DNA of 23,991 bases from NCBI RefSeq assembly GCF_004010195.1, contig NC_057720.1:4761426-4785416 (forward strand). The letters run 5' to 3'. Every line of letters starts with the position of its first letter. Position 1 is the stretch's first letter. Below the pieces are notes generated by a model. The model was given only the letters and a program-made list of their open reading frames with translations. It did no database searches and was not told the origin of the DNA. Position numbers and translations under genes: made by a program. The DNA is from Chiloscyllium plagiosum. Lineage: Eukaryota. Positions 9,838 through 19,614 of the stretch are shown here, one piece after another.

Positions 9838-10699
9838 AAAGAACGTACAACATAAGGAGCAGGAGTAGGCCACCTGACCCTTTGAGCCCACTCCGCCATT
9901 CAATAAGATCATGGCTTATCTTTTTGTGGCCTCACCCACCTCTCACCTTAACCCTTAATTTCTTTACTTTTCAAAAAGATTATCTACTGAGCTTTAACAA
10001 CATTCATGGGGAAGCCTCAAGTTCTCCACCTGGGTTGAGAATTCCACTGATTCACAATCCTCTGGATGAAATTCCTCAACTCGGTCCTAAATATGTCCCC
10101 TGGTTCTAGTTTCACCTGCCAGTGGAAACAATCTCCCTGCTTCTACCTTTTCAATTCCCTTCATAATTTCTTAAATTTCTATAAGATTCCCCCCTCATTC
10201 TACTAAATCCCAATGAATATAACCTCAATCTACTCAGTCTCTCCTCACAAACCAACCCCCTCAACTCCGGAATCAACCCAGTGACCCTCCTCTGCACCCC
10301 CTCCAGTGCCAGTACATCCTTTCTCAAGTAAGGAGACCAAAACTGCACTCAGTACTCTAGGTGTGGCCTCACCAGCACCTTGTACAGCTGCAACACAATC
10401 TCTCTGCTTTTAAACTCAATCCCTTTGGCAATGAAGGACAAACTTCCATTTGCTGCATTACCTGTTGTAGCTGCAGACCAACCTTCTGTGATTCATGCAC
10501 AAGGACACCCAGGTCCCTCTGCACAGCAGCATGCTGCAACGTTTTACCATTCAAATAATAATCCTTTTTACTGTTATTCCTACTAAAATAGGTGACTTCA
10601 CATTTATTAATATTGTATTCCATTTACCAGACTTTTGCCCACTCACTTAAACTGTCTATGTCCCTTTGGAAAGTTTCACAGTCCTCTGCACACTTTGCT
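9838..10699 (-). mobile_element. 5'-truncated CR1 LINE fragment
   Basis: Peptides MEYNINKCEVTYF..QRDLGVLVHES and QFWSPYLRKDVLALEGVQRRVTGLIPEL. The 3' tail is at ~9840-9920. Confidence 0.9.
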
Positions 10700-10997
10700 G
10701 TATGATGGGGTAAAGGGGTATGGAGTAAACAATAAGTGGAGATAGAGCCGAAGGAGAGAGAAGAACAGTTGGATAGACAAAGGAGTGAATAAAGATCAGC
10801 CTGGGAGAATGAATGGTTGCTAATGGGGACTGCTAGTGACTAACAATGAGTTGTGTGTAATAGCAGACTGTGAGATAACAAGGCCTGGTGTGTGGGGGTT
10901 GGGGTAAGAAAATGGAAGAAGGCATATCCAGGGCCTGTACTTTTTAGAACCATGCTTCGTGTGATTAAATCCACAATAAAGCTCAAAAAAGCTGAGA

Positions 10998-11145
10998 CCA
11001 TAAGGAATAGGAACAGGAGTACGCAATCCGGCCCCTCGAGCCTGCTCCAATATTTGACAGGATTGTGGCTGATCCAACATTCCTCATTTCCAGCCTTTTT
11101 CCTGTAATCCTTAGTTCCCAGACTGTTCAGGAATCTTTTAAAATG
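10998..11145 (-). mobile_element. CR1 3' tail fragment
   Basis: ataggaacaggagta..ggcccctcgagcctgctcc..gtggctgatc resembles the tail at 9850-9920. Confidence 0.6.
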
Positions 11146-11196
11146 TGAGTTTGATTTTGGATTGGGTAGTGGAGGAGAAAACAAGAACTGTCATGA

Positions 11197-11510
11197 GGGT
11201 GGCACGGTGGCACAGTGGTTAGCACTGCTGCCTCACAGCGCCAGAGACCCGGGTTCAATTCCCGCCTCAGGCGACTGTGTGGAGTTTGCACATTCTCCCC
11301 GTGTCTGCGTGGGTTTCCTCCGGGTGCTCCAGTTTCCTCCCACAGTCACAAAGATGTGCAAGTCAGGTGAATTGGCCAGGCTAAATTGCCCGTAGTGTTA
11401 GGTAAGGGGTAAATGTAGGGGTATGGGTGGGTTATGCTTCGGCGGGTCGGTGTGGACTTGTTGGGCCGAAGGGCCTGTTTCCACACTGTAATGTAATCTA
11501 ATCTAATCTA
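11197..11510 (+). mobile_element. tRNA-derived SINE (HE1/V-SINE-like), little diverged
   Basis: A box TGGCACAGTGG, B box GGTTCAATTCC, CpGs retained, ends in (TAATC)n. Confidence 0.92.
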
Positions 11511-11655
11511 AAAACGTCACAAGGTGTCTGTGGAAGAATTGGGGGCAATGTGGGTGAAAGGACATTGTCATCATTGCAAAGTGCAGTGGTTCAGCTTAGC
11601 TGTATTTTGAGAAGATTAATAAAGGTGGAGAAGGGGATGAGCTCCAAACTGTAAG

Positions 11656-11724
11656 GGCCAAGTTGGTCAAAGGTTCCCCACCAGCAATGCGGCCAAGTTG
11701 GTCAAAGGTTCCCCACCCGCAATG
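11656..11724. repeat. Tandem duplication, 35-bp period
   Basis: ggccaagttggtcaaaggttccccacc(a/c)gcaatg at 11656 and 11691, with one mismatch. Confidence 0.95.
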
Positions 11725-11804
11725 GGCTGCGAGGAGATGGGAATTCTGAGAAAGACAGAGTTGGTAGACTTGATATGAGGGGTGGAGGAAGTGGTAAATG
11801 AGGA

Positions 11805-12095
11805 GACAGTGACGTAGTGGTAATGTCACCAATAATCCAAATACCAGGCAAAGATTCTGGAGAAGTGGGTTCAAATCCTATCAGGAAAGATAGTGAAATT
11901 TGAAATAGATGAAACTCTGGAATAAAAAGCTGTCTCAGGGTGACCATGTCATTGTTGTCAGTTGTTGTTAAAACCCATGGAATTCTCTATTGTCCTTCAT
12001 GGAAGGACATCTGACAAAACCTACTCTGTCTGGCCTCCATGTGATACCAGACCCACAGCAACAACTCAGTCCTCTCTGAGGGTGGGCAGTAAATG
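11805..12095 (+). mobile_element. Old tRNA-derived SINE (possibly SacSINE1/DeuSINE-like)
   Basis: A-box-like GTGACGTAGTGG, B-box GGTTCAAATCC, and body ctggcctccatgtgataccagacccacagca, which resembles a shark SINE family as I recall it. Confidence 0.5.
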
Positions 12096-12104
12096 CTGTA
12101 CCAA

Positions 12105-13561
12105 ACGTACATCTGTGGTCAGCAAGGTTTTGGAAAGAATTTTGAGGGATAGGATTTATGACTATTTGGAAAAGCATAGTGTGATTAAAGGCAGTCAGCA
12201 TGGCTTTGTGAGTGGCAGGTCATGCCTCACTAATCTTATTGAGTTCTTTGAGGAGGTGACAAGACAGGTCGATGAAGATCAAGCAGTGGATGTGGTGTAT
12301 ATGGACTTGATTTCTGATGAAGGGCTTTTGCCCGAAACGTCGATTTTCTTGCTCCTTGGATGCTGTCTGAACTGCTGTGTTTTTCCAGCACCACTCTAAT
12401 CCTGTATATGGACTTCAGCAAGGCATTTAATAGGTTCCCTGTGGTAGGCTCATTCATAAAGTCAGGAGGTATGGGATACAGGGAGATTTGGCTATCTGGA
12501 TTCGGAATTGGTTGGCTGACAGAAGACAGAGAGTAGTTGTAGATGGAACGTATTCTGCCTGGAGGACAGTGATGAGTGAGGTCCCGCAGGGCTTTGTTCT
12601 TGGGTCTCTGCTGTTTGTAGTTTTTATAAATGACTTGGATGGGTTGAGGGATGGGTTAGTAAATTTGCTGATGACACAAAGGTTGGGGTGCCGTTGATAG
12701 TATCAAGGGCTATTGCAGGATGCAGTGCAACACAGACAGGATGCAGAGCTGGGCTGAGAAATGGCAGATGGAGTTCAACCTGGATAAATGCGAAGTGATG
12801 CATTTTGGAAGGTGGAACTTGAATGCTGAATATAGGATTAAAGACAGGATTCTTGGCAGTGTGGAGGAACAGAGGGATCTTGGTGTTCAAGTGCATACAT
12901 CCCTCAAAGTTGCCACCCAAGTGGATAGGGTTATTAAGAAAGCAGATGGTGTTTTGACTTTCAATTACAGGGGGATCGAGTTTAAGAACCGTGAGATTTT
13001 GCTGCAACTCTACAAGTCCCTGGTGAGACCACACTTGGACTATTGTGTCCAGTTCTGGTTGCCCTACTATAGGAAAAATATAGAGGCTTTGGAGAGGGTG
13101 CAAAGAAGGTTTACCAGGATGCTGCCTGGACTAGAGGGCTTGTCTTACAAAGGGAGTTTGACTAAACTCAGACTTTCCTCTCTGGAGGGAAGGAGGAAAA
13201 GAGGTGACCTGATTGAGGTGTACAAGGCAATGAGAGGAATGGATAGAGTCGATAGCCAGAGACTTTTCCCCAGGGCAGGATTGACTGGCATGACGGGTCA
13301 TAGTTTGAAGATATTAGGAGGAAAGTATAAAGGAGACGTCAGAGGAAGGTTCTTTACGCAGAATTGTGAATGCATGGAATGCGTTGCCAGCTGTGGTAGT
13401 GGAAGCAGAGTCATTGGGGACATTTAAGTGACTGCTGGACATGCACATGGAGAGCAGTGAATTTAGGGGCGTGTAGGTTAGGTTATTTTTAGATTAGGAA
13501 TAATCCTCAGCACAACATCATGGGCCGAAGGGCCTGTTCTGTGCTGTATTTTTCTATGTTC
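12105..13561 (+). mobile_element. CR1 LINE ORF2 reverse-transcriptase fragment through the 3' tail (frameshifted, 5'-truncated)
   Basis: TSVVSKVLERIL..QHGFVSGRSCLTNLIEFFEEVT..AVDVVYMD[insert]FSKAF, VPQGFVLG.LLFVVFINDL, FADDTK near 12664, WQMEFNLDKCEVMHFG, LYKSLVRPHLDYCVQFW. Tail GGGCCGAAGGGCCTGTTCTGTGCTG. Confidence 0.96.
12309..12402 (+). mobile_element. 94-bp hammerhead mini-element, family A, inserted into the CR1 RT
   Basis: CTGATGA(12314-12320)-A-GGGC-TTTT-GCCC-GAAA-CGTC. Perfect 13-bp TSD TGTATATGGACTT at 12296-12308 and 12403-12415. Confidence 0.92.
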
Positions 13562-13639
13562 AAAAGTTTACAAACTAGTTTTCTGTTTGGTGCTTTATTG
13601 TTTTGGGTTTGCTGTCATGTATTCGTGCTCCAACTTACA

Positions 13640-13873
13640 GAACACTGAGAGGCCTGGAAAAAAGTGGACACGGGGATGATGTTTCCACTAGTAGGAGAGA
13701 CTAGGACCCGAGAGCACAGCCTCTGAGTGAAGGGGGTGACCCTTTGGAACTGAGATGAGGAGGAATTTCTTCAGCCAGAGGATGGGGAGTCTGTAGAAGT
13801 CATTGCCGCAGTGGGCTGTGGAGGCCAAGTCATTGAATGTTTTCAGACAAAGCTAGTTATGTTCTTGATTAGT
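13640..13873 (+). mobile_element. CR1 ORF2 C-terminal fragment
   Basis: gatgtttccactagtaggagagactaggacccga..gagatgaggaggaatttcttcagccagagg, typical of the ORF2 end. Confidence 0.7.
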
Positions 13874-13877
13874 ATAC

Positions 13878-14905
13878 AATACAATCCAACACAGGAACAT
13901 GCCCTTCAGTCCACCAAGTCTGCGCCTGATTGTTATTTAGATCTTTACTTATTGACCATACAAGCTTTCTCCCATCCATGTGTCTGTCAAAGATATCTCT
14001 TAAACATTGCTAATGTGCCCGCTATCACCACCTCCACTGGCAGTCTGTTCCATGCACCCACCACCCTCCAGGTGCAAGATTTTTCCTGCATTTCTCCCCA
14101 AAACATTCCTCCTCTCACCTTGAACCTGTGCCCTTTTGTAGTTGGCCTTTCCACCCTGGGAAAAAGCCTCTGACTATCCACCCTATCTATGCCTCTCATA
14201 ATTTTGTCGGTCTCTATCTCAGCCTCCATCTTTCCAGTGAAAACAATCAGAGTTTATCCAACCTCCTCGTTACTAAAATTCTCCAGTCAAAACAACATTC
14301 TGGTAAACCCTCTGTGCGCCCTCTCCAAAACATCTACATCCTTCTGGTAGTATGGCGACCAGAACAGGATCAGTATTCCAAATGTGGCCTAACTAAAGTT
14401 TTCTACAGCTGTAACCCATGGGCCTGTACGTCTAGATCCCTCTGTATGTCAATGCTCCTAAGGGTTCTACCGTTTATTGTGTTAAAAATCACACAACACC
14501 AGGTTATAGTCCAACAGGTTTAATTGGAAGCACACTAGCTTTCGGAGGGACGCTCCTTCATCAGGTGATTGTGGAGGAGCGTGGCTCCGAAAGCTAGTGT
14601 GCTTCCAATTAAACCTGTTGGACTATAACCTGGTGTTGTGTGATTTTTAACTTTGTACACCCCAGTCCAACACTGGCATCTCCGAATCATGACCATTTAT
14701 TGTGTAAGCCACATCTGAATTTGATCTTGCAAATGCATCATCTTGCATTAGTCCAGATTAAACTCCCTCTGCCATTTTTCTGGCAAAATCAGTAATATAT
14801 CTATATCCCACTGTATCCTTTGACAATCCTCCTCACTATCTGCAAATCTGCCAGTTTCAGTGTCATCTGCAAACTTACTAATCAGAGCACCTACGTTATC
14901 CTGCA
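13878..14905 (-). mobile_element. CR1 LINE fragment, deleted and interrupted by the element at 14483-14691
   Basis: Peptides ISKFADDTE..WQREFNLD and KIMRGIDRVDSQRLFPRV..KGHRFKVRG..WNRLP. Confidence 0.88.
14483..14691. mobile_element. Fold-back hammerhead mini-element, family B, with perfect 67-bp inverted arms
   Basis: Arms 14481-14547 and 14585-14651 are exact reverse complements. Minus core cac-CTGATGA-a-ggag-cgtcc-ctcc-GAAA-gcta-gtg. 40-nt tail. TSD ACC(G/A)TTTATTGTGT at 14469-14482 and 14692-14705. Confidence 0.92.
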
Positions 14906-15030
14906 GATTAGTAAGGGGATCAAGGGTGATGGGAGAAGGCAGGAGAATGGGACTGAGAAAGATATCAGCCATGATCAAATGGCAGAACACACTTGATGGG
15001 CTGAATGGCCTTATTCTGTTCCTATATCTA
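14906..15030 (+). mobile_element. CR1 3' tail fragment
   Basis: aaggggatcaagggtgatgggagaaggcaggagaatggg..atcagccatgatcaaatggc..gggctgaatggcct. Confidence 0.7.
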
Positions 15031-15601
15031 TATCTCGGAGGTAGCTTTAATTTCAATTTAAACGGGTAGAGGGAGCTTGGCTCTGTATGCACTCTGCGCT
15101 GTCCCTATCCTGGGAGTTTTTCATTTGACGGGGACAGTGTAGTGGTAGTTTTACTTTCTGTTTAAAATGGTAGAGGGAGTTTTAACTTTTGGTTTAAAAG
15201 AGCAGAGCGTGGGTGTCCATGCAGGGAACCGAGAACTCAGACAACACCATCGTCTACATTGTGTCTTTAATGAACTAATCCCCCACCCCCAGAACAAATT
15301 CTGAGACAGAAAGAGAGAGAACAAGGACTTGAGGAAAGCGATTAGTTTAAAGTAGGAGATGGAGCGATTTGAAGAGGAAATGGCAGATGTTAGGCTCAAA
15401 CAGCTGAAGGCATGACCCTTCATTAATATCGAGGAGAAGAGCAGAGAGGTCTTGGTGTAATGAGACTGAATATGACAGGAAGGGGCGAGGCCAGGTAGGG
15501 ATTCGATAACAAACATGAGAATGCTCAAATGGAGGAAATGTGCAACTGAGGGACGATGTAGGTCAGTGAGCACAGGGGAGAAAGGGCTTTGGCCATGTTA
15601 G

Positions 15602-16271
15602 CCATGATGTGGAGGTGCTGGTGTTGGACTGGGGGTGGACAAGGTTAGATGTCACATGATACCAGGTTATAGTCCGATGACCTGCCCTTTGTACACCATC
15701 TGCATTTCTGTCCAGGAACTGGCAGAGAGTAAACTGACTGTCACCACCTCTATAAAAACCAGCTGATCTCGTCCCTTGTTCCGCCTTGCTCCTTCCGAAA
15801 CCCGGAATTTGAAATCACAAGCTTTCAGAGCGCCACCCCTTCATCAATTCACCTGTCGAAGGAGCAGCCCTCTGAAAGCTTGTGATTTCAAATAAACCTG
15901 TTGGACTGTAACCTGGTCATAGATTCCCTACAGTGTGGAAACAGGCCCTTCGGCTCAACAAGTCCACACTGACGCTCCGAAGAGTAACCCACCCAGACCT
16001 ATTCCCCTACCCTATTACTCTACATTTCTCCTGACTAATCTACCTAGCCTGCACATCGCTGAACACTATGGGCAATTTCCCATGGCCAGTTCCCCTGACC
16101 TGCACATCTTTGGACTGTGGGAGGAAACCCACGCAGACACGGGGAGAATGTACAAATTCCACACAGACAGTTACCCGATGCTGGAATCGAACCCTGGTCC
16201 CTGGTGCTGTGAGGCAGCAGTGTAACCACTTGGTCACTGTGCTTGCCCTTGGTGCCATGTGACTTCTAACC
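15602..16271. mobile_element. Family B fold-back element containing captured flanking DNA (15681-15809) and a later SINE insertion
   Basis: Family B tail/arm at 15605-15675. Inner inverted repeat 15808-15830/15870-15892 with two damaged cores. The arm resumes at ~16250-16273. TSD TTGG(C/G)CATGTTAG at 15589-15601 and 16272-16284. Confidence 0.8.
15917..16232 (-). mobile_element. tRNA-derived SINE (HE1/V-SINE-like)
   Basis: Reverse complement of the SINE family, with B box GGTTCGATTCC on the minus strand near 16183-16193. Confidence 0.9.
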
Positions 16272-17039
16272 TTGGGCATGTTAGGTCGCGGCAGGAGTAT
16301 TTTGGCTGATGCCCATTTCACAGAGGGTAGAATATGGCAGAGTGTGTTAGAATGGTCAAACTGGGAGGTAGAAAAGGCACAATTCCGGGTTTCAGAAGGA
16401 GCAAGGCGGAACAAGGGACGAGATCAGCTGGTTTTTATAGAGGTGGTGATAGTCAGTTTTGGTGAGGTAGGACATCTGGTCGGTTTACTCTCTGCCAGTT
16501 CCTGGACAGAAATGCAGTTGGCGTATAAAGGGCAGGGTGGGTGATGCTGTTGGAAATGAATGACTTCACTCGCAGCAAGCTGAAATTGTAAAAGTGTCGC
16601 CTGCCCCAGGATTGGTCAGGTAGCTTTCTGATTTGCAGGCAGTGCAGGAGTGGCAGGAGTTGGTGGGACTGTGTTGAGTCCTCACCAACTTCCATGTGGA
16701 TTTTGTGTCTTTGGATGACATTTGGATGATATCAGAGGCTGTCAGTCAAGATGAGAAGGTGTTGCAGGTGATTTTTTGATGACAATTAAATGCAGTAATT
16801 GTCAGGTGCAGCAAGCTCCACCAAGTTATTACAATATGGAATAAACCTGACAGCACCCAACTAGGCCATGAACTGGTATGGGTTTTAATGGTCTGATAAT
16901 ACTGAGGTGATATAACACACTTCTCTCAGTTCATCACCAAGGGCAGCTCTCAATCCTTGCTGCATCACTGCCACCACCTGCTGCCTTGTGACTGACAGCT
17001 GCTTTCAGAAGTTACTCGAAACTGAGAGCCTTAGTAATT

Positions 17040-17385
17040 TAATTGAGAGCAGTTGTAGGCCATTCGGTCCTTCACACTGCCCAGCCATTCAGTCTGATCA
17101 TGACTCATTCTCTGTCTCAGTGCAATATTCCCACTTTCTCTCCTTACCTGTTCATGCCTTTAAAATCTGAAAGTTTTATCTATCTATCTTCAACACATTC
17201 AGTGACTTGTGTGATAGAGACTTCCACAGGTTCATTAACCTTTGAATGAAGAAATGGTTTCTTGGTCTGAAATGGTCTACTCCATAACCTGAGACTGTGT
17301 CCCTGAACCTAGATTCCTCTGGCAGGGAAAACATCCTTCCTCTATCTAGACTGTCCATCCTGCTAGAATTTAGTTTATTTCCATC
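17040..17385 (-). mobile_element. Old CR1 3' fragment
   Basis: Peptide MDSLDRGRMFSL.EESR..FFIQRLMNLWKSL. Confidence 0.65.
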
Positions 17386-17765
17386 TTCTTCTAATGTAAA
17401 CTGGCTATTTGAATCCCTTACAGATAAAATAATTTGCTTAAAAAATTTTGGAAGCAGCATAAGCTATGATGACAGTAAAACTGCTAATTGTCTTCCAAAG
17501 AACATCAATTGAAATAATGTTCAATTGGCAACTTTGACCTGTGTAATGTGATTAAGCTGATGCCTTCTGTTCCACTCTCACCTCCAGCTTTATGATTAAG
17601 CATGATCTTAATATCGTCTATAGCTTTTCTATGAAGTCTCATTTAAGGAGATATAGATGATAGTATAAAGTTTCTAAAGTTCTCTCTGGATTCCCGATCT
17701 GGCCTCCTCCAATGTTCTAATTTCCCATCTCAATTCTCATTATGCTTGGGGTAGGACTTGGCAAA

Positions 17766-17971
17766 GGAGAAAGTGAGGACTGCAGACGTTGGAGATCTGA
17801 GTCAAAAAGTGTGGTGCTGGAAAAGCACAGCCGGTCAGGCAGCATCCGAGGAGCAGGAGAGTCGATGTTTCAAGCTCTTACTGATGAAGAGCTTATGTTC
17901 GAAACGTCAACCCTCCTGCTCCTCGGATGCTGCCTGACCGGCTGTGCTTTTCCAGCACCACACTTTTTGAC
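17766..17971. mobile_element. Fold-back hammerhead mini-element, family A
   Basis: Inverted arms ~17801-17871 and ~17901-17971. Core CTGATGA(17881-17887)-a-gagc-ttat-gttc-GAAA-cgtc. 35-nt tail at 17766-17800. Confidence 0.88.
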
Positions 17972-17987
17972 GCCCCCCCCCCCAAGA

Positions 17988-18540
17988 CTTAGAGTCATAC
18001 AGCATAGAAACAGACTGTTGGTCCAATCAGTCCATGCCGAACATAATCCCAAACTACACTAGTCCTACCTGTCTGCTCCAGGCCCATATCCCTTCAAATC
18101 TTTCCTATTCTGGTACTTATCCAAATGTCTTTTAAACGTTGTAATTATACCCATATTCACCACTTCCTCAGGAAGTTCATTCCACATCTGAACCACACAT
18201 GTGTAACAAAACAAATTTGCCCCATATGTCTTTTTTTAAATGTGTTACTGGATCTTTCCATCTTGGAATCGTTATGACACAGACAAGAAAACTTGAAATC
18301 ATAACCATTTGTACGACAGGAGAAAGGTGTGCTGATTGGTTAGTGTGAGAGACAGCTTGCCCATAAATCAACACATTCTTTTCCTGTTTTGTAAACCGTT
18401 GTAAACTTTTTAAACTTGGATTTTTGTACTTAAGAGTCATAGTGTTGTACAGCACGAAACAGACCATTTGGTCCAACTCATCCATGCCAACTAGAAATCC
18501 TAAATTAATCTAGTCCTATTTGGCACGTATCCCTCTAAAC
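17988..18540 (-). mobile_element. Two short CR1 3'-end fragments (~17988-18240 and ~18432-18540)
   Basis: agagtcata..cagca..gaaacagac..ggtccaa..gtccatgcc tails match the tail at 244-375. Confidence 0.75.
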
Positions 18541-18667
18541 CCTGATGAAGGGCTCTGGCCTGAAATGTCAATTTTTCCTGCTTCTCGGATGCTGCCTGAC
18601 CTGCTGTGCTTTTCCAGCACCACACTCCCAACTCTGATCTCCAGCATCTGCAGTTCCCACTGTCTCC
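18541..18667 (+). mobile_element. Single-arm hammerhead mini-element, family A
   Basis: CTGATGA(18542-18548)-a-gggc-tctg-gcct-GAAA-tgtc followed by the full family A body and tail. Confidence 0.87.
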
Positions 18668-18974
18668 CTCCTACTGCTGATGAGTGTGAAATAAAACATT
18701 CAAATTAGGCAGCATTCAACTTCTGGACTGCAAAGGGACTGTTTTTTTAATTTTGTAACTCTTTCTTCAGCTGTTCCCGATTTCCCTTTTCCTTCCTCAA
18801 ATAATCGTCATACTTTTGATCCCCAATCTAATTTGCATTATTTTCTTTGGTCTATTGGAACTATGTTACTTTCCTCCCTTTCCCTGCCCATTGGTTTGGA
18901 GGGCAATGTATCGCTATTTCCACTAGCCTATGACTTTTATTTAATTTTGCTGAAATGTGCAGCTCACACCATGA

Positions 18975-19610
18975 TCGGAAATAAAGGAACAGGAATAGGC
19001 CATTCGGTCCATCGAGTCTGCCCTACTATTCGGTCAAACACCTCAATATCATTTGCCCAGATTTTCTTTGGAACCCAATATGCCACTGGATTCGGAAGTC
19101 TATCCACCTTTACTGTACGTGTATCAACTTTACTTTTCTACTCCCTCTGGGGTAACAAATTCCTAAGATTCACAATTCTTGAAGTCAAACCTTTTCCCCT
19201 ATCTCGGCCCTAAATGACACCCCCTTTAAACAGTATCCTGTGGATCTAAACCCCCATCCCCACCAAGCAAGGGAAACATTGTCTGCCTCTACCCTGACTA
19301 ACTCTTTAAGTATTTTGTAAGATTTCAATGAGATCACCTCTCACTCTGAGAAACTCTGGTGAGTACAGGCTCACTTTGTCTTATCATGCTTCACGGGTCA
19401 GTCCTGTCAGCCTGGGAGCAAATCTGGTGAACCTTTGCTGTGCTCTCTCTGTGGCAATAATGTGCTTCCTGAAATAAGGAGATCAAAACTGTACAGAGTA
19501 CTCCAGCTCTGGTCTAACCAAGTTCCGATACAATTGAAGCAAGCTTTCATTCCTCCTCTACTCAAATCCTTTTGTGATAAAGGCAAACGTTCTATTAGCT
19601 TGCTACACCT
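18975..19610 (-). mobile_element. Old CR1 3' fragment
   Basis: Degenerate ORF2 C-terminus (gagatcacctctca, aaataaggagatcaaaactgtacagagtactccag) and tail. Confidence 0.7.
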
Positions 19611-19614
19611 ACAT

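Noticed and set aside
12720..13427. 235-aa ORF as a functional reverse transcriptase gene
   Set aside because: It is a piece of a 5'-truncated, frameshifted CR1 ORF2 that is also interrupted by an insertion.
14481..14651. MITE/DNA transposon or miRNA precursor interpretation of the hairpins
   Set aside because: One-sided tails, single-arm copies, variable 9-14 bp TSDs and hammerhead cores fit a retroelement origin better.
16272..16544. 90-aa ORF over the duplicated segment
   Set aside because: No recognisable homology or splice support.
17750..17995. TSDs for the elements at 17766, 7517 and 18541
   Set aside because: No convincing duplicated flank was found by eye, so none is claimed.
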